Below are positions 52,427 through 64,000 of a stretch of 64,000 bases of DNA, one piece after another. Numbering within the stretch: position 1 is the stretch's first letter; each line of letters starts with the position of its first letter. The DNA lies in NCBI GenBank assembly GCA_964252035.1, contig OZ176203.1; one strand, given 5' to 3'. Source of the DNA: Podarcis erhardii (lineage: Eukaryota). The translations under genes and the position numbers were made by a program. Under the pieces are notes generated by a model. That model did not search any database. It was given only the letters and a program-made list of their open reading frames with translations, and had not been told where the DNA came from.

Positions 52427-53302
52427 TACATGAGATGTGAAGATGTACAAATGTTTTACATTTGAAGATACGTTGGACAAGTTTTCATCAATTAATTACA
52501 ATCTACAATATGCCTATACTGACCAAACAGAAGATCAAAGTGAAAAATGCTTTTATTCATTATTATTTTTTACCTCTCTCTTGCCCAAACGTATATTTGG
52601 TTCTATGGCAAAAACAATACAGATGGCAGAATGCTAATCTTTCCCTGCAGAGGCAGATACAGCAATGTCATTGGCATTAGCACACCAAAAGCCTGTAACA
52701 ATATATTATGTAGAACTCTTGAGTGACAAGCATATCATAAACCAAGAGGGAGCCCCACTGCAAAAGGCAGCTGCAATGTACTCCACTTATCAAACAATAT
52801 GCTGGGAAATTGGCTGTGACCTATCTGTACTGTACATTGACAAGTGTTGTGAACCTATCTTCTGCAAGGTATCTGCATAGGTGGAAAATGTGTAGTATTC
52901 TGAGAGGAAAGTGATCCCTGGGAAGCAGAAGGAATGACTTATTGAGTTAATGTTCTGTAAGATGACAACACCCTGGGAACAGAGCTGTAGTCTACAATAT
53001 CTTATAAGTGACTAAATTAAATGTGAGCATTACTACAACACAGGTGGGAATGGCAAAGGAACAAAAAGCCATTTTCACATATTTAGCTCATTATAGCACA
53101 TGTATCAGAGATGTAACTCCTGTGGCATAAGTCATATAACCTGTTAAAATGAATTAACAAGTACGGTCTGTGGTCAACAGCAGTGTGGGCTCAGTCTTTC
53201 CATTCTAAGCACCATTTACTAGCTTACTCCTTTCTTACAGCACATTATCTTTTTTTCTGCTTATAAGAAATGATGCAAGGAAATGAAATGAAAAGGTGGA
53301 AA

Positions 53303-53350
53303 TTTTAACATAAGGTTATTTTAACATAAGGTTAACATAATTTTAACATA
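53303..53350. repeat. Short tandem duplication of ttttaacataaggtta
   Basis: ttttaacataaggtta-ttttaacataaggtta-acataa-ttttaacata. Confidence 0.8.
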
Positions 53351-53984
53351 CTTTACAAAAAAGTAAATTATATTGTTATCATTTTATGATGTAAAGCAAT
53401 CCCTACAGAATATCCATGAAAGAGGAAGTGACGGTGTTGTCTTCTAGAAGTTAAAGGGCAGAGCAGTTCAAACTATAGGAAGCCACTGTAAATTATGCTG
53501 GGATAAACCACGTTGGTGTAATTTACCCTTATTCCAAATTCTGTTCAGGAGCAGGGCTATGGTTGGCTGAGCTGGCTAGAGCCTGGCAGAGGGAAAACAA
53601 GCCTTTAAAATAGAATTTAGCTTACACAACCCTTTTTGCCAGCATAACTTTTACTGGGTTGCTAGGTCAAGTGATTTAGCTGGAAGGGGTTTGAAATAAG
53701 GGCAAATTTTATTTATTAATCTCATCCTCCCTAGTCCCATCAGTTCTATGAGGATAGAGGTTCTAAGGAAGAAGAGTTGATGAACAAACAAAAAATCCCC
53801 ATGATGTGATCTATGTCTTTCCAACGTATAATCTGTAACATGTCCCATGGTATAAACTGTAAGATTGGCAAACTATTGATTCTGGATGGGGCTGTACACC
53901 TTCTGAAGGTGCAGGTGCTTGGAAGTACTCCTAGATACATCTTTGTCACTTGAGGCTAAAGTCTCCTCTGTGGTATCTTTTACC

Positions 53985-54230
53985 AGCTTTATTTGGTTTA
54001 TCAGCTACAGCTGTTGCTGGACAGGGATAGCCTCACCACCATACTCCATGCATTGGTAACCTTATAGCTGGATTACTGAAACATGCTCTGTGTGCCCTTG
54101 GGCCTGGTTTGTGCCAGGTGGTGCAGAATGCAGTGGACAGACTGCTGGTGTGGGTAGATGACAATAGCATGTGACAACACAGTTATAATATCAGCTTTGG
54201 CTGCCCATCTACCACCTTGCTAGATTCAAG
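53985..54230 (+). mobile_element. Degraded L2 LINE ORF2 3' fragment
   Basis: ctggacagggatagcctcaccaccatactccatgcattggtaacc...ctggattactg...gtgcagaatgcag corresponds to LDRDSL.T..HALVT.RLDY.N...VQNA of L2. Confidence 0.75.
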
Positions 54231-54462
54231 CCTAAAAAATTTAGGACTAATTTAGGGTTTGACTAAACACTTATATCCCAGCTCAATCACTGAGATAATC
54301 TGCATGCATGTCATCAGTTGTCCATTGAGTTGGCAAAGCTCACTTGATATCAACACAAAATAGAACCTTTGGTGTCATTGACCCAATCCTATGAAATGGT
54401 CTGCTAATAGAGAATCAGAAAACTTTTCTGCACCACCAGGCTTATGCTGGCAAATAAGATTA

Positions 54463-54704
54463 CAGTGGTACCTAGGGTTAAGTACTTAATTCATTCCGGA
54501 GGTCCGTTCTTAGCCTGAAACTGTTCTTAACCTGCAGCACCACTTTAGCTAATGGGGCGTCCCGCTGCTGCCGTGCCGCCGGAGCACAATTTCTGTTCTT
54601 ATCCTGAAGCAAAGTTCTTAACCCGAGGTACTATTTCTGAGTTAGTGGAGTCTGTAACCTGAAGCATCTGTAACCTGAAGCGTATGTAACCCAAGGTACC
54701 ACTG
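54463..54704. mobile_element. Tc1/mariner (Tigger/pogo-like) MITE, copy 3
   Basis: ta|cagtggtacctaggg...ccaaggtaccactg|ta. Same orientation as copy 2. Confidence 0.92.
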
Positions 54705-57394
54705 TAGATCTTTTCCCTAATGAATAGTTAGTGTTCATATATATTTGATTTTTTTTGTCTCTGTGTATAATAAACCACTTTGATTCTTTATGATATAATG
54801 ATAGATAAATGTATTTTAAATAAATAATATCATTTGGCCCTTATTATATTACCATGCCATCCACCACTGGTCAATGAAAGTCTAATCTGAATTAATATCC
54901 AATATGTGATTCCCAAGTGGGCAATATTCAAAGTGAAAATGGAAGGGAAGCCATTGTGAAAGTCAGGTGGATAGAAAACAATGCACACCGAGAGATGGCA
55001 TATCCATCCCTACACTGAAAGAGAAATTTGTGATGGTCTCTAATGTGTAGGGGCTGGACATATTAGGAATGAGATGGGCATTATTTAGCCATCTTTGCAT
55101 GAAGAGACGCTGGTGGACTCAAGAAAATAGTGCCATAGTGATATATCTGGCTTCCTATGATTTGAGAATTGAGATTCTGCCCTCTTGTTGATCATTTTTA
55201 CTACAAAAAGGCTCCAGTAGAAAGGTAAAATTTTGGTTGCGGAGCCAAGTTCTCTCTGCCCTGATTGATTGGACTAGAGCATGTGTAGACATCATTTCGC
55301 TCAATATCAACATTGTGGCGCTTTCTGATGGCTGATACTTTGTGAGTGATAAACTATCCTGTCTCACCAGATTACAGGGATGTAATAGCAGAGAAGAAGG
55401 AAAGTTTTTACTTATCCAAATTATCTCATCAGTATCTAGAAATGTGAAACACAAGACTAAAGTAAACAAACATATCAGCCTGTTAATTATATATCCATTT
55501 ATCTGGAAGTAAGCCCTGTTGAACTAACTTGTATAGAACTGCACTGTCAGGGTTCCCAGCATGAAGTGACCAGCCATTTTAAAGAATTAGACAGTAGTAA
55601 AAATAGAATTGAGTGTCCTGTCTAAGTTATCTTAATGAGCTAGCAGCTAGATGTTTTCAAATGAGCCTACATTTGTATTAAGGCAGTGGGAGGTCCAAGA
55701 GAAAGAGTTCATTGAAGATTGCTCTTCTTCCTTCTAAAGTGATTGTTTTCTTGTGTCTGCAAGACTCCCCTGAATTTTTTTGCAGCTAAGTAGACATTGA
55801 TAGAGTAGAATTTTCTGAATTGTTCTCATGTTTGTTAGCATGCTAATTCAGAGCCCAGCATGATTGTTGCTCATTTGAAAAAAGCTCAACTGAGTATTGT
55901 TTCTGCTATAAGAGGGAGCAAGTAGCTTTGAGCATTGCTTTCTTGACTAAAAATGAGCTCCCTTACCACTGCGCTAGGCCAGGGTATTTCTTTACCATAC
56001 TTTCTAATTCAAAATGCTGGCCAGGTTTCTGGACATCATATTTAGTTGCTTGTTCAAAGTACTAACTGACTTACTACTCCCACGGTGCCAGGCTATTGCA
56101 AATCCTTCCACATCTTTGCAATAGGCTTAAGCATGCAATGTCTGAAAAAGTAAAGGAATAACTCGGCCTCCTTCCCTCTGATCTATTATTATATTCAGAA
56201 CACTTATCTGCAGCTGGGAATATGTGATTTTTTCACCCAACAGCTAGAATCAGGGAAATTACTTGCATCTCCACCCTTGTATGAACTATGGTGTGAAAGC
56301 TAATGTTCAATTCAACCTGGTTTATTAACTAAGAATGACAAGAATTGCTTGGAACATCCCCCAGCTATGATGCAGGATAATGCGTATTTTCTGTATGCAT
56401 ATTTTGGCCATGGGAATTCAGATACATTTTAATTCTGACAAAATTAATATTTCTCTATCCATTACTATCTTCTGATTTTGATTTAGAAATATTGCACAGC
56501 ATGAAATGTTACAGGGGTTGGGAGAATGAGGAAATTTTCTTTTTTTCTCTTTCTTTTTCTAAATATGCTAGTATTTGTTGTATTATACATTACTCAGTGT
56601 TGGTGGATATTAAATAAAGATTAATGGTTTAGCCGATTACTTCTGCAACGTTGCTTGGAGAAGCTTCGCGGCCAACTAATGCCATACAATTTTGACACTC
56701 ACAGATTCTAATTGAATTTTTTAAGGAAAGAGCTAGATTGAAACATTATTGCAAAAGAGGTGTTAAAAATTATAGCAGCAATGTAACATGATCACTTGTA
56801 TTTCTGGCAGCAGACACAAAGAGCAAGAAATTGCAAAGCAGAGAGAAAATCAAGATTGCATTAAAAACACTTTATATGGTTGTTGTTTCTCAGAAGAAAT
56901 GTTAACAGTGCAACCATTTTAAACTGTAGTTTGTAAAAATGTTGAGTATTCAACATATTTTGTCTTGCAACATGTGCCTCAATCACTCATTCATATCCTT
57001 CAACAGGTTAATATATTGGGAATGTAATGTATATAATAAGATCTGTCCATGGTGCCTGTTAAAATATCAGCACTCTTCTAACAGGCAATGCATTATTATA
57101 CATATATATTATTATATACCCAATTATCTAATCCTGATATTGTAGTTTTGAACTCTCATTCAGGAATGCTAACAATTTGATAAGCTCTTAAGGTAGATAC
57201 ATCAACAACAGAGCCATGATAAATCTCATCCAACCTTTCTTCTGAAGCCTTTGTATACTCGTGGCATCTTCTTTCCATGTTAGTTTTCCAGGTGTTTGTT
57301 TTAACAAATAAGCACAAAAAGTACAGCAGTGAGGTCTGTTTTCTGAAAATGCTGTGAAATGGCCTTTATGTGTGAGAAGATACACAATAAGCTT

Positions 57395-57560
57395 TGTGTG
57401 GGAAATGGGCCTTTCTGTGATGATATCCAGACTATGGAACTCCCTGATTTCAGAAGTTAATTTGATCTTGAACTTCATTTAATGAAGACATTTTTACTGT
57501 TAGGAGGTTTTCTTTGTTTTTGGTCTACCATACTGAGGTGTTTTAATGCTATCCTAATGA
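57395..57560 (+). mobile_element. L2 3' remnant
   Basis: gggcctttctgtgatgatatccagactatggaactccctg (.AFSV....LWNSL motif) followed by T-rich sequence. Confidence 0.55.
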
Positions 57561-58769
57561 ACTGATCAAGAAGTTTTTGTCTGCTAAATTTGCCGCTGCA
57601 TGAATGCTGTTTTGCTTTCCTATTTTATTGCTTTTATGACTTTCTTTTGTAGTTTTTTTTTAATGAAGAATCCTCACAGACACTGACTCACTTACTAAGT
57701 GTCCAGACAGCAGACAATGTGATCCAGTGTGCACTGGGAACAGAAAACAACCAGAGAATAGGCAAGAGGTAGCAGAAGGGATTGCTTTGTGATTTTTCAG
57801 TGTGTATTAAGTAGCAGCAATTTTCCTTATCATCTCCCATGCCCATTTTTCTTTCTTTTGTTTATTCTGTCTCCTCTTTTTGTCTTTCTCCCTTTTCTCC
57901 CTCCTTCCCTTTCCTGCCTACTTCCAGTCTTTCCGCTTTCCTACCTTTATTTTTTTCTCTGCCCCCTAGGTAGCTAGAGTGAGGTTACAGAGTATGAAGG
58001 GATGTATATGTAAAAGAGGTGTGGATGGGATTTGAACTCTTAGCCTCACCACTTTGCTCTCTGTGAAAGTGTTTTTGTGAATTGCTTTGATACCATGCAT
58101 GGATTCTGCTTCTTGGGTTAATGGACTCCGAGCGTCACCATTCTGCTTTTGGTGAAATTGACTTTTAAAGCTTGCTTTAGTGGCAGAGTTAATGACTAGT
58201 CATTTCTATGCCTGGTGCAGGTTCCAAAATTTTGTGGTTTGTCCGTACTTGAGAAAACTACTGAATATCTGCTCAGTAATTCTACTGCATTCTGTAAGTA
58301 TGTTTTGTACCTTTACAAGGCAGGAAGATTTGGACAAAAAAAAGGAGCTGGTCCCCCCTACCATTTGGCAGTTGCCCTATCCTGAACTCTACCAACCCCA
58401 ATGGGCACCAGTTAATTCTAATGGGAAGTTATGTGATTTAATCTGCCAGGAAGAAGTGAAAAGGGATGTAGTGATTGCTCCACCCAGCCAGAGCAAAGAA
58501 GCAGCTACATAGGCCAAGGACATAAAACTGTGGTGGTGGAAAAACAGAGACATATATGGAGTGAAGGAGTGACCCGACACATTTCTATCCAACCTATGTA
58601 CTTGGTATTTGTGAATGTTGGCTATCAGGTACATGCATTATTTTCATCACTGTGTGGAATTACTGTGGGAGAATTGTGCTGCAAACCCTAGGTTGGTGTG
58701 GGAAAGAAGACACTGATACATAGAGCCTTGGCTCTTTTCACCAACAAAGGAATCAGAAGGTGGTTAACT

Positions 58770-58899
58770 CATCTTCATCAGAGAGTTTTCAGAAAAGGCT
58801 AGATGGTCACCCATCAGAGGTAGTGCAGTAGCAGGTCTCTTCCTCTGCAGGAATGAACTAGATGAACTTTGAGATGCCTTCTGTCACAATGATTTTATA
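58770..58899 (+). mobile_element. Degraded CR1 3' end
   Basis: gagagttttcagaaaaggctagatggtcacc...aactagatga...gatgccttct...atgatt matches CR1 3' UTR architecture. Confidence 0.6.
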
Positions 58900-59083
58900 A
58901 ACTGGGTTACCCACTCATAGCAGCATGAGAAATACTTAGCATTTGCTTAGAAAATTCATTTGGTTACTCTTTGATTATCTACCAGGAATGGAACAGTAAC
59001 AGTTTTGCAAATCAAATCCACTTCTTTGCTTGTTTAATTAACAATTGTTTCTTATAAATGAAATATGCAATTCTGAACAATAC

Positions 59084-59221
59084 CTTTCACCTCTTTGTCA
59101 TTCTTGAACCATCTGATATCTGCAGCTGGCTTGCTACCAGAAGTTTTGCATGTAAGCTCCATCCTGTCACCTTCCATAACCGGTGAAATAAATCCACTAA
59201 TTTGAGGAACCTCTGGAACAC
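59084..59221 (-). CDS. CADM2: CADM2 coding exon, first half of Ig domain 2 (138 nt, phase 1-1)
   Basis: Manual translation (G)VPEVPQISGFISPVMEGDRMELTCKTSGSKPAADIRWFKNDKEVK, matching recalled human GVPEKPQISGFSSPVMEGDLMQLTCKTSGSKPAADIRWFKNDKEIK. Flanked by tgctag| and |gtattg. Confidence 0.97.
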
Positions 59222-59555
59222 CTAGCAAAAAGCATAAACATGATTTATAATGTTGATACCATACGAGTTGTTTTAAATGCTTTTAACAGTGCAGAGGTAA
59301 AATGGCATTACTGATTAGTACAATTTCTACTGGTACAGACATTTATTTCAGCAATATCAAGTTTAGTGACACTAATCTATAATCTATCATTTTTAAAATC
59401 CAAGGCACTACATATCCAACATAAGAGTTGCATAAATTTCTCCCCAAATAAACAAGCATTCTGAATCTTTGAACAATTTTGCAGACTTCCTTTTTCAGTT
59501 TCAAAACAATGGATTCCTGATTTTAAGCATATCATGTTGAGAAGTAAAAGCCAAG

Positions 59556-59610
59556 AACCCCAGAGTCGTCCGCGACTAGACCTAACGGTCAGGGGCCTTT
59601 TACCCTTTAT
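59556..59610 (+). mobile_element. Sauria SINE / Bov-B-type 3' tail fragment
   Basis: aaccccagagtcgtccgcgactagacctaacggtcaggggccttttaccc aligns with the 3' end of the SINEs at 40293 and 46275. Confidence 0.8.
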
Positions 59611-62600
59611 CTATAGTATGAACTAAGCTAATATCTGAAAGCTTTACAGTATAATTTGAGCTAGCAATACAGAAAGAAAAGAGGCCATATAAAAGTTATA
59701 CTTATTCCAGTCTAATTAGTTAATAAGAAGTTAAAATTCACTGATATCCTTTCTGTAGATCATAGTGTGGTTTTGATCAAACCATACGATCATAATTTAT
59801 ATCCTGTATAAATTATGATTTCATGGACTACACAGAAACAGTGAATTTCCATGCAGACCGTGAAATTGGACTCAGTGTGCAGCTGGAGCTCAGAGACTTT
59901 TGTGCACTGTGGAAAGACAGCCAAGCAATTGAAGCAAATCTGGATGCGCCAACAGGTTCAGAAGCCTGTGTATCTGTAAGGTGATGAGGTGTGGGCCTCA
60001 GGGCAGGCAAGAGCATGTCAAGCTGAGCCCAGCACTTTCCATTTTCATTGCTTTGTCAGCAACTAGAGCCTTTCTATTAACTATTTGCCAGTGTGGCTTG
60101 TCTCTGAATTCTATGTTACTGTCCTAACTCCACATTTCTTGCTTTTTCGCCTCTATCCTCACTCCACTAGAAATTATTACAAATAATTCCTATGTTCTCC
60201 CCCAAAGCACAATAATTTTATTAGGGGTACTGAGATGGGGAAGAGGAGAAAACAGGAATAGAACATGAAGAAGCAGACATAGCAGTAGATGGTTTACCAT
60301 TGATCAATAGTAACTATGTATTATAGAAGGCTGGTTTGTTTATTCACTATGCATTTGGGTGCCTCTTAATATATCATCACCAAATTTTGTATGATGGTTC
60401 CTGAAATCAAGGAGCAGGGATTTTTCTATGGTTAGCTGTGGTTGAATGTCATTTTGAATCAAGATGGTGGACTGAACCTGTGGGAGCCATACTGATTTTA
60501 ATGACTGATTTCAAAATTGAACTGATTAATTGTCTTTCTTAGAAGTCCCAAGCAATGCTGGGCAAGAGGCTGCTAGTGACTTATAATCAGGGATAGACCA
60601 ATCTATTTCTGGTGTGTAACTCTTGTAGATGCTTCATCTCCCTTCTCCATTAATATGCATTTTTAGAAAAATCCACACACAAATAGACAGCTATATTCTG
60701 ATTTGCAGTTTAGTCCTAGAGATGTGAATCAAGTCAGCTTGTACGAGAATTGTCAGAAATTGAATTCCTCCAGCATCCCTGTTCATAATGTGGTGCCATC
60801 AGTTGTGATAGAAATGAAAGATGGATGGGAACCTTGAGTGAAGCAAAAATGGAAAAATGGTCCCAGAGATTTTGAAATAAGGAGACAATGAAGTAATACA
60901 GATAACTAACAAAGAAAATAAAGTAGAAGGAAATGGCAAGGTGGAAAGATTTAGAGTACACAAGACAGTCCTGATCTATACTTTTCTTCCAGAGGTGCTA
61001 AAGAATTCTTAGTTATCTTCTCCAAATAAGTGGATATTTTTATACACTCCCCACAAAAGGTGGTTATTTCTACATTCCAGAACACTAGCATCTTAGGTGC
61101 AGATAAATTTTCATAGATATCCAATTGTTAGTATTGCTCATCTATCTCTACTGAAAGGAACAACCAGTTATTTTCCTGTTGAAGAATTCCTCATACATCC
61201 CCCAAACTGTCTCACCTAGATATTCTGTTAGACCATTGATCATCAGTTATTTGTTCAAACCCCAGACATGTCGTACTATTGTGAATTATGCTTTTCAGCT
61301 CCCTGGGTAAGCATTTTGAACCATACCATGCTATTGCATATCAGTTCCTTATTCCAAGTACAGAGTAGACTAGGTATTATGCAGTGTATGGAAATTTATG
61401 CTGGACTCTTAAATTCAATGGTTCTTCAACTAAAGGAGAGATTCTGCTAGTCGTTGTGCTGAGTTATTTCCTTCTAGTAGATCCTACCACAGTGTTGCAA
61501 GCCCATTGTTTGTTAAAAATAGCTAAGGCAGAAGATGAATGATGACAGATCAATGGCATCAGGGGACAGACAGGGATGTAAAGGAGTTTACGTGGTAAAC
61601 ATAGAAGAGTAGAAAAAGCATGTGACGTGATAAGGAAAAATAGGTTACAGCAAAAAGGAGAACAGCCTTGGTGAGAAATAGAAAAACAAAAACAAGATGC
61701 ACTGATAATGACAGGGGAGACCACAGAGCAGCAGAGGGTAAGGTAAGGTAAGTTATAAGGCACAAGAAGTCACACAGTGCACGCTGGGCAGAGAGGCCAG
61801 ACCTTGGTGCCAAATAACACCTTCACTATCACTTGGCCCTCTTCGGCTAAAATTAACCCAGACTGCAGATGCCTCTTTCAGAAGCAACATACAGTCCAGT
61901 GCAGCCTTACACCACAGGAAAAAATACAAGCATGAAACACATCCCACCAAATGTCCACGTAAATGGAAGGGGAAATTTAAAAACAAATGTAAAGATGAGG
62001 TTATAATCCTAAGAATGCTTACTAGGAAGTTGGCCTCACTGAACAGAATGGGAATTATTTCTGTGCAAATATATCAATAGTATTGCTTCACAAATTAGCT
62101 AAGAAGGGTTAGGATGAGGAATACATCCTTCCATTGCCTTTTTTTATCCATTCTTATCACACACAGTGATAAGGGCAACACTATTTTAAGAATGCTGTTT
62201 ATGTAATTCATTGACTTTATCACTGGACAGAGGTCAGATATAATTTACAATGCACCTCACTTTGTCATTCAGCTTTTTTAAAACAACAACAACAACAACA
62301 CTTCTATCTAAATTCATAGGTAGCTGATTATGCCTGAGCAGTAGTCAACACATGAAAGAAACAGCAGAGTTTTTTTCAGTGCATTAATTCTCTCCAAGAT
62401 GTGTGATATGTTATCCTTAATAATACCCCTAACATTAAAATCTAATCATTCAAAAGACTGAAAAGGGAACTGATATATTCAGAAATTTCCTATCTTATTA
62501 AAAAGATGGCATGAACGAATTACAGGAAAAGAGATTTTTTAAACTGATTTGATAATTGCCCTTACATTACAAAAAAGAGAGAAAAAAACTACAGCTTGAC

Positions 62601-63363
62601 AAATGCCTTTTTAACATTGCTTTCCCTAGAACCAAAAAGATAGTGGGGGTATATTACACAATGAGTTTAAACGGCCGCCTGTTTATTATTATTATTATCT
62701 TAAGATATGCTTCTTTAGATTGAAAACTGACCTGCGTTTGTCTTGGAATACTCTGTTCTGAGTTGGTTCCCCCTCCCCTTTAATGTCAAACAGGTAAAAT
62801 AGTCTCAGTGGAACTAGCAGAGGCACATATTTCATATCCTAGGCACAAAAGCAATTCCCTGGCTGGATTAAGTTTAATATTACTGGCACACAGAACATTT
62901 TACATGAGCCTTATTAAATTCAACTCTCACCTTACTATATACAAAGAGTCAAAAGCAGAGAAAAAACTGAAAAAGGGACGAGTAAGAAAAGGTAAGAAGA
63001 ACATGTCAAACTCAGGGGGCAACTCCTAGATCCAGCAACCCCCATGCACAACAGCAGCCTATATATAAATTGCTATATGCAAAGTTCTCCCCCTGTCCCT
63101 GAGCAGATGGTCAGCACTGGCAACTCTGACAGTGCTAGTATATTGGAGGTGGGGAGGTACCTGCAATTATCGTCCTCATTCTCCATAGATGCCATCAGTC
63201 CAATGGTATACATGCAGTGCAGGATTAACACACACACAGCTTGCTTTCAAGCACATAGTGTTGCATCCAGAAGATAGTTCACTGACAAACATCTTATATC
63301 ATAGGCAGAATTGCCTTGCTGGATTAGCGTGCCAATTTTTTATAATTTATTAGTAGCATATAG

Positions 63364-63368
<5 letters not shown>

Positions 63369-63398
<30 letters not shown>
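63369..63398. repeat. (TG)15 microsatellite
   Basis: Direct inspection. Confidence 0.95.
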
Positions 63399-63399
<1 letters not shown>

Positions 63400-63986
63400 A
63401 CACAAACATTCATAGATTCTTATGAATCTTGATGCCTCAACTATTTTCTGGGTCACTTCCCAAGTCTTTTGCTTTATAGATTTTCTTTATGTGTTAAAAA
63501 AGGTGGAATATTTAGAAGTTAAAGAAGCTGGCCATCCCTGTGGAAATGTGCACTTCCGTTAAAATAGAAAGGGAGCAAGGAATAAAATAGATGGTCTTAG
63601 TGCCTTTTCATTAGACATGTTGATTTCTTTCCCTGTGCACTATATAGTATTATTGTGAGAAAAGGAACACATACAACAAATAAATAAATAAACAAACTCC
63701 TTGGTCCTTGGACTGTACAGTGTACTATGGTTTCTGTATCAACCCAGATTACAAGATACTGCAACAAAACTGCAGTTTTACATATTCTGAAAGGCAGTAA
63801 AAGATGAATGCATGAGTCACTTGCATTTCTTTTCATGCTTCTGTGCAATGTGCATTAACTTAGGACACACCCTTATACCACGTCAGACTATTTGTCCGTT
63901 TAGCCTAACATGGTACACTCTTGACTTTCAGCAATTATTGAGAATCTTTCATTTCATCATCGAATCATGCTGTATCTTCATATGAA

Positions 63987-64000
63987 AAGGTAAAGGGACC
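63987..64000 (-). mobile_element. Probable 3' tail of a minus-strand Sauria SINE cut by the window edge
   Basis: aaggtaaagggacc is the reverse complement of the ggtccctttacctt tail. Only 14 nt are visible. Confidence 0.4.

Noticed and set aside
57188-57478. 96-aa ORF with a CCTFC motif resembling a zinc finger
   Set aside because: It is partly antisense to an L2 remnant and lacks a complete finger pattern.
59222-64000. Search for the preceding CADM2 exon (ALRDNRIEL...LTVL), including a CAG|GTCAGT donor near 62727-62735
   Set aside because: No matching translation was found and the donor has no CADM2-like frame upstream. The exon is presumably beyond the window.
1-64000. CRISPR arrays, operons, rRNA/tRNA genes, endogenous viral ORFs
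   Set aside because: None seen. The tRNA-like A/B boxes belong to SINE heads, and the tandem repeats are micro- or minisatellites without spacers.

Overview
AT-rich vertebrate genomic DNA, most likely from a lacertid lizard (inferred from the Sauria-type SINEs and lizard-type MITEs). The whole window lies inside one minus-strand gene, CADM2 (SynCAM2/Necl-3). Four consecutive coding exons are present: 59084-59221 (138 nt), 48448-48618 (171 nt), 33174-33264 (91 nt) and 12380-12558 (179 nt). All have AG/GT boundaries and compatible phases (1-1-1-2-1) and splice into one open frame encoding Ig domains 2 and 3. The intervening introns are 10465, 15183 and 20615 nt. I did not find the upstream Ig1 exon or the downstream stalk, TM and cytoplasmic exons in the window. 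The remainder is intron containing hAT, Tc1/mariner and PIF/Harbinger-type MITEs, tRNA-derived SINEs, LINE fragments (RTE, L2, CR1, Rex/Babar), a Ngaro/DIRS fragment with an SGNH-hydrolase ORF remnant, and microsatellites. None of the supplied ORF-track entries is a host gene. I see no convincing new biological system. The best leads concern CADM2 isoform biology (an inverted MITE pair bracketing two exons, a possible S/T/P-rich stalk cassette exon, a competing 5' splice site, a read-through soluble form) and unusual TE structures. TE family names and human CADM2 comparisons are from memory, not from database searches.
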